A stretch of 64,000 nucleotides of DNA from Penicillus capitatus (Eukaryota > Plantae > Chlorophyta), in NCBI GenBank assembly GCA_965649825.1, contig OZ287695.1, positions 434,001 through 498,000 of the forward strand, in the 5' to 3' direction. A model generated the notes under the pieces. That model did not search any database and was not told the origin of the DNA. It saw nothing but the letters and a program-made list of their open reading frames with translations. Position numbers and translations under genes: made by a program. Shown here in pieces: positions 1 to 10,895 of the stretch (position 1 is its first letter; every line of letters starts with the position of its first letter).

Positions 1-85
1 CCCTCTCTAATAACACGCATCGTGCATGCCTTCTGACAGCAGAATGACGAAGCGGGTAACTCCACCTCATTTCTCTCGCCTTCAG

Positions 86-3000
86 CCGAGGGAGATGCTG
101 TGCAACAGGTCGTGCTGACCATAGCGCTCTCGATGTTCAAATTGAAACGAGAATCATCGTATTGTGGATCATACATTCCCCCCACGCAAGCCGTCCTTCG
201 TTTGTCCTTTTCAGGGAGGAAACCAAGCGCCGAGAGAGAGATTTCCGTACATATGTAGCATTAGACGCCGCGGCACCGAAGAGCATGTTTGCGGTGGAGC
301 ATTGATCGACGAGCAATGGGTCCTCACAGCAGCGCATTGCCTGCACAATAACGATAATACTGGACTGGGCCATTACGCTCTCGTGCGTTGCGGCATTCAC
401 GAAATCAACGCCGACGATCCCGAGAGTGTAAGCCGCAAGGATGTGGGAGCGCAGTACCAACGGCATCGTGCGATTCTAGCTCTACCTCTCGAAGAGAGCT
501 TACTGGCACAGCAAATGGACGGGCGATGCCATGCGCGGGTATGATATTGGTCTCATTCGACTGGACAGAAAAGCGCCACTCCACCTGCCACGCATCGACA
601 AGATTGGCGTCTCGCTGCAAGTTGGCGATTACCTGACGGCCGCTGGTTGGGGGAGCACCGACAAGAAACGGACATCGAACGTCTTGCGAGTCGTCGACAA
701 GCTCATCTACGTCGGATCGCAACAATGCGCACCAGATCTTTTCACGAATCTCGGGGCGCACACCATCTGCGCTGGCTCCTTCGGACGGGATACCTGCCGC
801 GGTGAGCGTGTTCGATACTGCACGGTTTCGTCAGGACTGTCGTCTATCTCCTGTGGTGTTGAGGTGACTCGGGGAGTCCTTTGCTGCTCTCGCACCGCCC
901 AGAAGGCGATCTGACGCAAGGAGTGCCACGCAGCGATCTCATTGTCGGTGTTACGTCACTAGGTTCAAAGAACTGTGACGACGAGCGTCCTGCAGCGTAC
1001 ACGAGGGTCGCTCACTTTTGGAATTGGATAAAGGAGACGATGGAGACACAGTCTGGGGTGAGTGGACCTCCGACGGCACACCTCGTCGTTTCGCTTTCTG
1101 TCGTCAGCGATTCGGTTTTTTCGCATGGCGTCTGGCCAGAAGCCGCGATCTCTTGGCAGTCCTTCTTGTCGGAAGCTCCATTGTGCGTCGTGTTTGTAGA
1201 TGTACGATCCAGTCTACTTAGAGAAGAAAGAGGATGTCCAAGCGCTGCTCAGAATGAAGGAAGGGACCCCTCGACAGCAACTACACCTTGTGCGATGCCA
1301 TGAACAAACGTTACGTGACGCCAATCCTGTGGATAAAGGAAATGCTGAGAGCCTTTGAGAAGGACGAGAATTGGATCGTCGCAGCGGTTCTGGAGAAAGG
1401 CCTGCCGCTCGATGCGGCTTTCTACGACGACGAGCTGAATGCCGCACTTCTGGTAGAAGGATCCACGATGTTGCACTGGGCGGCGGCATTTGGCGCAATC
1501 GACAGCGCAAAGGTCCGATCGTTCTAAACATCCGAACGACGCCTTCAGTGTATGCCGTATATCGCTTAAACTCTGTGATGCTGTCAAGGTTCTGGTCGAG
1601 CACGGTGCAAACATATCTCGGGTCAACAACGAACGCCTGACGCCCTTACACATCGCGGCCGCATACGGTTCGGCGGCTATGGCAAAAGTACGACTATCGC
1701 TCCGTCGGTCCTTGGAGATCGTCGCTTGATCGACGGACATCGCGTGATACCGACATCGAGAGCACAATGCGCATTTTGCTTCTCTGAACCCACCACGAGG
1801 TCGCTTGGTATCGTTGCTCGCGGATGCTGCAGTCGCCAGCCGTTACCTCGAACTCAGCGGACGCGTGCGTGCTGTAGTTTCTTCTGAATGCTGGAGCCGA
1901 AGTGGACGTGTTTGGTGCCAATGGAGAGTCGCCACTTCTTCTTGCCTCGAAGAACGGCCACGTCGACGTTCTCAAAGTGCGTCTCGGCCAAGCGTGAAGG
2001 TCTAACCTCGACAGGGGTCTCCTGTCAGATGCTTACTAAAAAGGGTGCAAACATTGACGCGTCTGACAAAGAGAAGGAGACATCTTTGCACAAGGCGGCG
2101 AAAATAGGTCACGCCAAAATCGCACAGGCAAATGCTCAACCATTGCTCTTCGACTGTAACCAACGCATGCCTTCAAATACAGATCCTCATTGAAGCTGGG
2201 GCCTCATTGGAGTGGACGGATCGATTCGGCCAGACGCCACTGTACGAAGCAACGCTTCGCGGGAGGACCGACGTTGCAAGAGTGCGTCCGCGGCGATCGT
2301 TCACACGGACGCACGAGAACTGTCGTTCAAGGTTTTGATCGAAGCGGGTGGGGATGTGAACCGAAAACAATTAGATGCCTCGACAGCTCTACACGCGGCA
2401 GCGAAGATGGGAAACCTCGAGATTGTGAAAGTGAGCTCCGAGATGTTGAACTGCATCGAATGGAACATCTGAATTCAAGCTGCTCGTGAGTGCTCGCGTC
2501 GATGTCGATGCAAAAGATATCGATGGACGCACACCGCTGCTCGTTGCGTCGGAACATGGACAGCTGGAGGTCGCCAAGGTAAAAAACGCCGCCTTCCACA
2601 TAACCTGCCTTTACTTCCAAAACGGCCAGGTTCTTGTCGATCTCGGTGCCGACGTCGAAGCATCGGACGCTATTGGATGGACACCTCTGCTCGTAGCATC
2701 GGAGATTGGGCGATTTGAACTGATGAAGGCGAGGGACAAAGTGCCGTGCGATCGCGATTCGAGGTTCGATGCTGTAGCTGCTCGCCCGCGAGAATGCCGA
2801 CAAAGAAGCCAAGAGCATTGCCGGGTGGACTCCTCTACTTGTCGCCGCCTGGAACGCAGACAGTGCCTCCTCAACGGCAAGCCCACAAGCGAGACCACGT
2901 GCGTCTTAGTGGAGACATGGCTTTAGTGGCTGATCGAAGAAGGAGCTGACGTCAACAGTGGCGATCGATCGGGAAAGACACCACTGCATGCCGCGGCAGA

Positions 3001-4566
3001 GAGAGGCAGCGTTGTAATCTTACGGGTGAGTGATGGTAACAGTGCCACCCCGCCAATCGCCTTTGGTTTGTGCCATGACCAGAAACTCATCAGAGCTGGA
3101 GCCGAGATTGCCGCCGCCGATGACCAGGGGAACACTCCGCTGCACGACGCATCTCTCAACGGGAAGAGCCAACTCGTCCAGGTAGGGTCGGATGCATTCG
3201 CAGTCTCGAAATCCAACGAGTGCCGAAGGTCCTTCTCGATCTCGGAGCGCACATAGACGCTGCCAATGACGCAGGCGACGTGCCGTTGCACGAAGCTTGT
3301 CGAGCAGGACATGGAGAAACCGTAAAGGTGCGCCGTTTGGCCTCGGGTCCATACTGGACAGACGACTTCGCAGATCTTACTCGCCGACGGCGCGTCCGTC
3401 AACATTCGAGGGCACAATGGAGAGACGCCGTTGTACAAAGCTGTCGTCAGCAAACATGTCAGCGTCGTGAAAGTGAGCCAGCCCCTCGTGATGTCCGTCT
3501 GCCCAGGCCGCTTTCGATTACTAGATTCTCGTCGCAGCCGACGAGGCAGACGTCAATGCCATGACAGACAGTGGCTGGACCGCCATTCGTCACGCCTCCC
3601 GCTATGGGTACGACGAGATTGTGAACGTGAGGGAGAAAAAAAGATGTCCTCAACGATACTAACATGGTGTTCGGTTTGCAGGTTCTCCTGCAGAATAAGG
3701 CCGACATCGATAGGGCTCCGGAAAATGGTTGGAATCCTCTGCTCGAAGCTTCGCGACACGGGCACACGATCATCGTCGAGGCATGGCTCAATGCGTGTCT
3801 GTTCTTTCTGCAGCAGAGGATGTGCTGTGCAGACGCTTCTGGCAGCCGGTGCCAGAACGGACGCTGAGCATGATGAGAGATGGACGGCTCTTCACGAAGC
3901 GGCACGGGCCGGGCACTTCAAAATTGCAGAGGTCGGTCTTCGCCACGGGGATGTCGTTGCGCATACTGTCTGACAGGATCTGCTTCGCTACGGTGCCAAC
4001 ATCGACGCTGTTTCGGAAACGGGATGGACCCCTCTCCGCGAGGCGGCGCGTCATGGACAAGCGCAGATCGTGATGGTAGATGTCACCGATGTGCCTGACG
4101 CATATCCGTGGTGTATTCTTTACGATAGGCGCTCTTAGAGGCGGGAGCAAAGACGAATGCGGCAGAGAACAGTGCTTGCTGGACTCCTCTCCACGAGGCG
4201 GCGCGGCACGGACACGATATGGTCGTAGAGGTATGCGCACACCGAGCTGCCTCGCATTTCTTGAATCTGGCCGATCCCGTCTGTCAGAGTCTGCTAGAGG
4301 CAGGGGCCGATGTACACGCTGTTTTGAAGAACGGAATGACGGCGCTGCATCTGGCAGTGGAGAATGGACATCTGCGTTGCGCTCGGGTAAGTCATTCGAT
4401 GGCTCCTGAGTCTGAGAGTGTGATCTAGGCGCTTGTCACTGGCGGGGCGTCCAAGTCCGTGAGGAATAAAGAAGGCAGATTGCCGCTGCATCTCACATGT
4501 ATCTCGGACTACGCGGAGTGCTCGAGAGAGACGCGCTTTCAGCTTATCGATCTACTCATTCTTTAA
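86..4566 (+). CDS. Trypsin-like S1 serine protease fused to an array of about 19-20 ankyrin repeats (paralogue A; 5' end probably outside the window)
   Basis: Hand splicing gives ETR-II|GGNQAP (intron 159-214), WVLTAAHC, YDIGL and DTCRG|DSGSP, so the triad is intact with Asp189. In-frame linker exons lead to EMLRAFEK...STMLHWAAAFG. Then come 18 internal phase-0 exons of 99 nt (two of 102 nt), each one ankyrin repeat, from 1589-1687 onward. The terminal exon is ALVTGGASKSVRNKEGRLPLHLTC...LLIL* (TAA 4564-4566). Linker splicing at 1058-1199 is uncertain. Confidence 0.85.
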
Positions 4567-4872
4567 CGGTCAACTTCGACGCTCTGCAGTTCTGAAGGTA
4601 CCACATGACAATCTTTTGCACGGTGTATCGACTTCATGTCACATCATTCTCTGCGAAACACTACCAGAATTTTTCTCGCAGAAGAATAATCATTACACGT
4701 TGTGTCGATATGAACATCTAATGATTGATCCTAAGTTTTGCCAATGTAACGGCACGTGTCCATTAACGCTACATCGTTGTGTCGCGCGAGAGTCATCTAC
4801 CGTCTGTCTCATTGACGCAAATCGTTTGTTATTTTCGCCTTCACAGAGCTCTTCCTCGATCAACACAACAAC

Positions 4873-5381
4873 ATGGCACGCCGTCGCGGTAACGACTTCC
4901 AAAGCAGCGTCAAAGTCGACAAGGTGTGTTCGCGTGCTAAGGAGGTTCGCGTCCTTCCGGACGACGAGGTTTCTCAAGCAGCGCTTCCAAGTCACCGCCA
5001 CCGACGCCCACTGCACGTAAGACCTCCCACCGACTATCCAAACCCCCCTCCCTTAACATCCTTTGTGTTCCAGGCGCTCCACCTCCACAGCAGAGCCAGG
5101 GAGGAGGTCTCTTCTCGAGCCTGGCCGGAACCGTGATGACGGGAGCCGCTCTGGGAACCGGAAGCGCATTCGCCCACCGCGCCGTCGACGGGCTCATGGG
5201 TGGCCGCGGAGAGGCCGCTCCGCAGGAGGCCGCTGCCCCTGCGGCGTCCCAGTCCGTCGTCGCCTGCCACCACCAGTCCAAGGCCTTCGCCGACTGTGTC
5301 TCGGCGAACAACGGAGACATCGCCGCCTGCCAGTTCTACTTCGACATGCTTCAGCAGTGCAAGATGCAGACGCAGATGTGA
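4873..5381 (+). CDS. CHCHD2: CHCHD2/CHCHD10 (Mix17)-like mitochondrial twin CX9C protein, duplicate copy
   Basis: Three exons give MARRRG...GGGLFSSLAGTVMTGAALGTGSAFAHRAVDGLMGG...CHHQSKAFADC...CQFYFDMLQQC. The ORF is intact and near-identical to 22360-22867. Confidence 0.85.
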
Positions 5382-5406
5382 ACCAAACGCATTCGTTTGT
5401 TTACTA

Positions 5407-5539
5407 TTACAGCATCAGCAGGATTAGGGATGTCCATCCTGTAAACGGACGGTAGCTTTTCCTTACCTGTCACATCGTCACACTGTTCCCACAAGGACCC
5501 CGTTCGCTCGTACTCGCGCACCACATTCCTGGCGATATT
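5407..5539 (-). pseudogene. Truncated 3' remnant of glucosidase I (MOGS)
   Basis: RNVVREYERTGSLWEQCDDVTG matches KNVVREYERTGFLWEQYDDVTG of the intact gene. A 1-nt deletion (ggtaaggaaaaagctacc vs ggtcagggaaaaggctgcc) breaks the frame, and no upstream MOGS sequence follows. Confidence 0.85.
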
Positions 5540-6275
5540 ACTTGTTAGTTGTAAAACGTTTTCTTCAACCGTATTTTTATCGATTGAAAGTCCTTCTCGT
5601 GTAATTGCGGCGGAAACTATAAGTGCAAAGGATCTCCAACACATTCGATTGTTCAAATGATGTAGCGTCAAGATGGTGCGATTAACTTTAGACATTCCAA
5701 AAAACTTCTCAGGCTCCATTGTTCGTAAACGAACGGATAGAAGTGTCGACAGGATGGACAAAATGAGCCGACGAGATTTGATGGGACTGGTTCGCAGATG
5801 GGGACGCCGGCGAATTCTGTGATCTGTCTGATCATAGAGTTCTGTTTGATAGTTGTGTGATGTTTGTCCATGATCTGTTCCCGGTTCACGGTCGTACTTC
5901 TGATCATTGTTCTGGTATCTATTTCTGTTATCTGCTGGTACGTCTTTGCATGTTGCACGATTGTCATGAGCATCGTGATGTATATAGGCAGTTGGATCAG
6001 ACATATCCCCTAATTCTTGTCTACAGGCTTGACGACCCACTGTTCAGAGTTTTTTATGTTCCTGATTGCCTTCTGGACGTGTTTCTGCTCTTCCGTTAAT
6101 CTGCCCACCAGTTGATTCTGTTATTGAGGCGGTGACGAACGGGAGGCTCTCTGTATCAGTTGGGTCACATCGGGACTGTCTTCTTCTGTAGGGTCATCCG
6201 TGCAAGAGTCACTGGACGTCTTTCACATGAACCTTTGAGCTCTCCGGGGACCCTTTTCTCTGGCTCCCGTGCGAG

Positions 6276-6833
6276 TTGACTCACCTGTCTTTTCACTGCA
6301 GGGGATTTAAGGGGGCGGTGTGCACCATAGGCATGTCTGTAAGAAAGAACGATCTCTGCGACGATCGAAAGGTCAACCTGGCCCAGGACGATATCGAACA
6401 CGATTTTCCGCGCGCGTTGGTTCCCTACTCGCCACTCTACCCCACCTTCCAGGAGCGCTTGAACAATGTTCGGAGAGGGGAGCAAGTAGAACTCCTGCGA
6501 CGAGCCGACGATCACGTCGTGCATAACTTTGTGTTGTACGGCTCAAGACGCAGTTCGGAAGATACGAGTGTGGATTTGGTAACACTAGGCCCAGACGACT
6601 TGATCACACCAGTCCCACCAGATTCGGAGGTTCTCGAAGAACGTCCCACGGATAACGGTGAAGACCACGACAACGGGAGTACCGACAAGAAGTTCGTTTT
6701 GAAGTCCACGGAAGAGCAAGGCGAAAACGGTTTCGTTTTATGCTTCGCATGTTTGCACGTTGTCAGTGGACAGCTGTCCACCTTTGCGCAACTGCCACGA
6801 AGACGCGTTAAGGTGACGTTTGTTTACATTTGA
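6276..6833 (+). other. Unidentified acidic ORF in a TE-rich interval (possible TE or gene relic)
   Basis: 185-aa open frame, D/E-rich, with no ATG near its start and no recognisable domain. Confidence 0.2.
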
Positions 6834-7309
6834 CGCGAATATATTCCGAACGCAAGAACGTTACAACAGTCTCTGTTACCGATAAGCCTTCGTCGTATTC
6901 GCATCGTTCGTCGATAACGCGACAACGTGGTCGTGATGGCGTAAAACGCGACTCATCTTTGTTCCACGGCTGAGCGCGTTGATGCTTACCACTACACAAA
7001 TTCCGCCTAAGAAGTGACGTCGAAGAACAGCGTCATACGTTGCGCTTGTTCGCACATATAGACGTGACGGCGTGAAACGCGTCTCGTCTCTGCGATTCCA
7101 CAACGAGAACGCTTTTAACCGCCTATTCGACATACATCCACAACAGAAGTCAGAATAAAGACACTGCTAACCTTATTAGGCTTGAAGAAATCGTCTTAAG
7201 AGTCCGCGTTGCGCTCGCGCTGACGCGCAAAGACGGACGGAGAAACGAGAGATGAGCGAACGCGAATGCTACAGGTGAACGTGTACAGTCAGTTATATAC
7301 CCGAGGCAA

Positions 7310-7359
7310 CCCGCGGACGGACGTCACGTCGCGAAACTGCGACGTGTCCGGTCCGCGGG
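7310..7359. other. Imperfect GC-rich hairpin
   Basis: cccgcggacggacgtcacgtcgc-gaaact-gcgacgtgtccggtccgcggg gives a stem of about 20 bp with bulges and a 6-nt loop. Confidence 0.6.
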
Positions 7360-7689
7360 CTGAAAACCATGCAGATACCCCAACAGGCTCGTTATGTTAC
7401 AGTGTGAAAGATTGTCTCTCTCTGTTTCCACACACGCGTGAACAACTTTTAACCGCCTTCTAATTTACAGCCGAGAAGTTCACAGTCGAGAGGATTCGGC
7501 TGTGCTACGTTTGACGCAAGAGGACCATGACGAAGCACCGCTCAACTATATCCGATTTCATCGGGAAACGGCGATGGGGTACACTTCTTCAAACAACAGG
7601 AGACTTGTCGACCCAGCGAAAATCATCTAAGCCGTTTACGCCGACAAGGGCTGTTTATAGGCGCTCTACAGGGTGTTACTAAGGCCGGA

Positions 7690-8239
7690 GAAAGTGGACG
7701 GAAGATACGAGGTTAGATCGCTGATTCGTCGATATGAAGATCGCGTTATCTTTCTATCCTCGAGTCGCTGATTCAAACTCCTGCTTCAAGAGCCAAACGC
7801 AACGGTGACAGATAGCTCAGTTGATGAGACGGAAGAGCCAGACTTCGACAATTACCAACCTGATAGCGATGAACACGAAGAAACCACAATTAAAGTGTAG
7901 CGAGAGTGCAAGAGATTCCGACGAAGTCAAGAAATACCACGTGATGAGTGCCCATTGATATGGTTCGAGACCTACAGGCAATTATTTTCATCTCTGGCAT
8001 GTTGTTTCATGTAAGTTTTGTCAACCGGCATGTCACAAATCTCAATGGAGCGCTTGTTTTCTGTTTCTGGGCTGTTGACTGCAAATAGACGAAACCGTTT
8101 AGAGATAGAGCATCTCGATGACATAGTCAGAATCAACCGAAGAGATGAATTGTTTCAACGGAGGGCAGGTGATGTGGAGAAAAACCTTGACGAAGAAACA
8201 ACACTGGCGGCAGAGATGGACGAGGAAACAGATTTTTGA
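7690..8239 (+). mobile_element. Degenerate hAT-superfamily transposase, C-terminal dimerisation region
   Basis: ECPLIWFETYRQLFSSLACCFM*VLSTGMSQISMERLFSVSGLLTANRRNRLEIEHLDDIVRIN matches the hAT pattern DPLxWW...FPxL...SERxFS...RxRL. IALSFYPR upstream resembles AxxLDPR. In-frame stops are present and no TIRs were identified. Confidence 0.75.
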
Positions 8240-9756
8240 ACAACCCCAAGAGAAAGGGACAGGTTCTTCGTGACAGTGTTTTCTGTTGTTTTTTGATCGC
8301 GAACATGTGGTGCACTTAGCTTGCCGCAACGAACCGACTCTTACAATCGAGAAAAGAGTCATGTTTCATTCATGAGCCGATAGAAGATAATTGAGAACCG
8401 AGGACGTTAAACATAGTGAGAGGTCTGACAATCGAAACCTATGCTGGACGAGCATAAGAAAAGGACGCATCATTATGACCAACGACGAGATTAGGACTTG
8501 AGATCCGCTGACACCCAAACCAGTTCTTCGGCTAGTTGACAGGAACCGGATAGTGGAACAAATTATCAAGTATTGCGTGCCGAGAATTACACTTTACATC
8601 CGCCATTGATGCCTTACTAGCATAATCAGACATCATGCGCAAGACGTGAAACGAGGTTTACGAGATTCCGCGTTGCGCAAGAAATTGAGGGAAGCAATTG
8701 AACAAAAACCGAGAAGCGGATTCAAATCCGCGATCCGCCCAACACAGGTCAAGTTCCTCTCGTCAGGCACTAAGCAGATACTTTATTCCTTGCCTGTTGT
8801 GTTTGCTCTTCTGACCCAAAGCATACAAGTATCGTTCCGCCGAAGTGGGATACGAATAACGACTGTGGATTACAACGAGGCAGAAACAATGAAAGAGTCG
8901 AGTTTAAGAACTTCGATATTGTTGTGAACCGGAAGGGGGCAGCTGTCCTGATGAAGTGACAGCGAAGGTAATCGTTGTCCCTCGACACGTAGGAAACTCA
9001 TAAGTAGATCTGGTTTTGGGCAATAGCCGTCTTATAGAAGCGGTACTGGAGAGAGGGAGTTCACACTTGTATCAACCTACCATGGCAGCGGCAGTGTGAT
9101 GTGTAAAATTTCAAATCACCATCAAAGGGCAGGCTGTTTATCTGAAAGCTCTGGCTGTTAAGACTGCTTCTGTTTCGTGTCTGTGTGTTTTTGTGTCTTT
9201 ATCTGTGTACGTAAGCGGATACTGATGGTAGAGAGATTGGCCGCATCTTCCGAGAGACAGATTCCTCGTTCCAATAAATGGTAATGGTTGAAGTTCTTTC
9301 TGTGTCACTCCCCACTTTTTTTAGACGTGTCTGCTTGTCTAAAAGGGATTTCGATGCTCTTCAGAATTCATGACACTTTAGCCTTCTTGATTCATTTTTA
9401 ACTTCGAGGAATGCTTGATCTAGAAGGGAATGATTCCAAAGCCGAGTAAGTGAGACACACATTTCAGTATGTAAACTTAGATACTACTACCTGGGTTTTT
9501 GACATGTGGCAGGCAGATTGCATTGTTTTCTTGGATGGGGTGTCTAACGCATTCACTCCATTACGTTCTTCCTCGTCTCTGAGAAAACGCTTTGTGTCTA
9601 TGAAAGTCTACTGTTCAATTGCACTATTCTCGACCATCTACATATCAAAGCAGATAATGCAAATACCGCGTCGACCGCATTATCGAATGACATTCACACA
9701 CAGGGCCACAGTCACTGGGGTTCCTCCCCGTTGGTCACAAATAGAATAGTGGACGC

Positions 9757-10491
9757 GTGCATCTTACCAGCATGCCTTTATGGGGCCACTCACTACCTTT
9801 GGCCCGATCTCCCGAGGTCGCTCCTCGCGTCTACAGATCCTCCGCTCCATCTACCGGACTGGAAGCATCCACATCACTGGAGCACATCGCAACGCCCACT
9901 CGCTTGATATTGCCTCTAGCTGGACTTAAGCCACCAGAAGTGGACATTCTGGACCGGCTCACAAGATCTCGCTTTCTCCGGAGACTGACCCTTCGCACCA
10001 CAAAGAACAAGGCCACACACAGCACGCCAGCGGCGCACCGTGCAGCTGTTAATGAACGCATCGCCACTCAGGACTGGATACCGGAAGATATATAACGGCT
10101 ACTTCACGAAGATATTACGCAAGGAAGACATAGTTTCCTGGTCCAAGCTGCCCGGAAAGCCTATCTCACGACACTCGTCTGTGACATCTGGCATGAAGAC
10201 CCCAACGGGCAGGCCCTGAAGAAGACCGGCTGGACGATGATTGCGAAGCTCGAACAATCATGGTGGAAACACTTCTCACGACCCAGTGTCACGAGGCTCA
10301 GTCGATTCCTCTCAGGGCACTTCCCCATGAGAACTTACCTAGCACGTTTCAACTGCCTAGATGAAGACACTTCATTACAATGCCGATTCGGCTGCAACAA
10401 CGCAGAATCAAGAGAACACCTTCTCAGCTGCCCGTACCTCGCACAACTGAGAAAAGGGTCCATCGTAATTGACGTTTTCCTCAATGTTTGA
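9757..10491 (+). mobile_element. 5'-truncated non-LTR retrotransposon (LINE) ORF2 C-terminal relic
   Basis: HIATPTRLILPLAGLKPP (post-RT TPxxxLxxxAGLxP motif) and RFLSGHFPMRTYLARF...CRFGCNNAESREHLLSCP (C-terminal CCHC zinc knuckle). The frames are disrupted. Confidence 0.75.
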
Positions 10492-10895
10492 CGCTGCCCT
10501 ATCTTTTCCAACTAGACGGCTTTTTAGCAGCCACCCATATTACATGAATCCGGTCATTGTATGGGCTAAACGAACCATGGGATATACCTTTGTGCGAAAC
10601 CCCCATGTAAAGCCATTCTTAATAATTCACACACAGGGACAGACTTGTGTCGACAATCCTAATCTCTTCATGCGCACACTGTCAAGGAAGAGCGTCAGTA
10701 ACAACGAGATTGATTAAGGCAAACCGCCAACAAAGCAGTCTACAAACGCGTCTAGGGCGTACTTCCTTCCACAAACACCTTGCCAAGAGTTGTTTATAAT
10801 AGAGGATTTTATGTTGTCGTCAACGTCACATCACACTGAGTGTTTTGGTTGACGATGCACAAGGAAAAAAAGAACGCTGTCGATAGGCATCTGCT

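Larger units (their letters stand above)
4809..5539 (+). repeat. About 730-bp segmental duplicate of 22296-23028 (CHCHD2 gene + MOGS 3' end)
   Basis: Collinear high identity from tcattgacgcaaatcgtttg through ...tactcgcgcaccac in both copies. Confidence 0.92.

Noticed and set aside
1589-4566. Ankyrin array as bacterial endosymbiont contamination or recent HGT
   Set aside because: Every repeat is separated by a spliceosomal intron of host-typical size.
5351-6040. 229-aa minus-strand ORF as a real chimeric MOGS fusion gene
   Set aside because: The MOGS part is a frameshifted remnant and the rest has no recognisable domain or splice support; most likely a chance open frame across the duplication junction.
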